From Octopus bimaculoides (Eukaryota): a DNA stretch of 64,000 bases. Under the pieces are notes generated by a model. That model saw nothing but the letters and a program-made list of their open reading frames with translations. It made no database searches and was not told the DNA's origin. The position numbers and the translations under genes are program-made. This document shows positions 63,971-64,000 of the stretch, piece by piece. Where the stretch lies: positions 50,207,866 through 50,271,865 of the forward strand of contig NC_068993.1 in assembly GCF_001194135.2 (NCBI RefSeq), read 5' to 3'. Position 1 is the first letter of the stretch. Every line of letters starts with the position of its first letter.

Positions 63971-64000
<30 letters not shown>

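Noticed and set aside
63971-64000. Terminal poly(T)
   Set aside because: Homopolymer cut by the window edge; cannot be interpreted.

Overview
Eukaryotic, AT-rich, microsatellite-saturated genomic DNA from a draft assembly, with 20 N-gaps totalling about 6.7 kb, most next to simple repeats. The SINE families and repeat landscape look cephalopod, most likely Octopus; this is inference from memory, not a database hit. I recognise no protein-coding gene, rRNA, true tRNA or CRISPR array. Most ORF-track entries are artefacts of N-runs, microsatellites or interspersed repeats. Well supported: (i) many retroposon copies, which I label family A, B, C, a CORE-type SINE, an unnamed family D and RTE-type LINE 3' ends, several with target-site duplications (TSDs); (ii) a hAT-type MITE with an 8-bp TSD; (iii) several tandem repeats; (iv) a switch at about 39-40 kb from CpG-retaining to CpG-depleted DNA, visible in homologous SINE copies and consistent with a methylated gene body to the right. 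Short candidate exons occur on both strands; a phase-compatible minus-strand chain at 58.4-38.9 kb is the best gene hypothesis but is unproven. I found no convincing novel biological system. The most interesting leads are the methylation-domain boundary with its hidden gene, inverted SINE pairs as possible ADAR substrates, a collapsed RTE-tail palindrome and a possible retrocopy. Repeat boundaries were read by eye and are approximate unless a TSD is cited.
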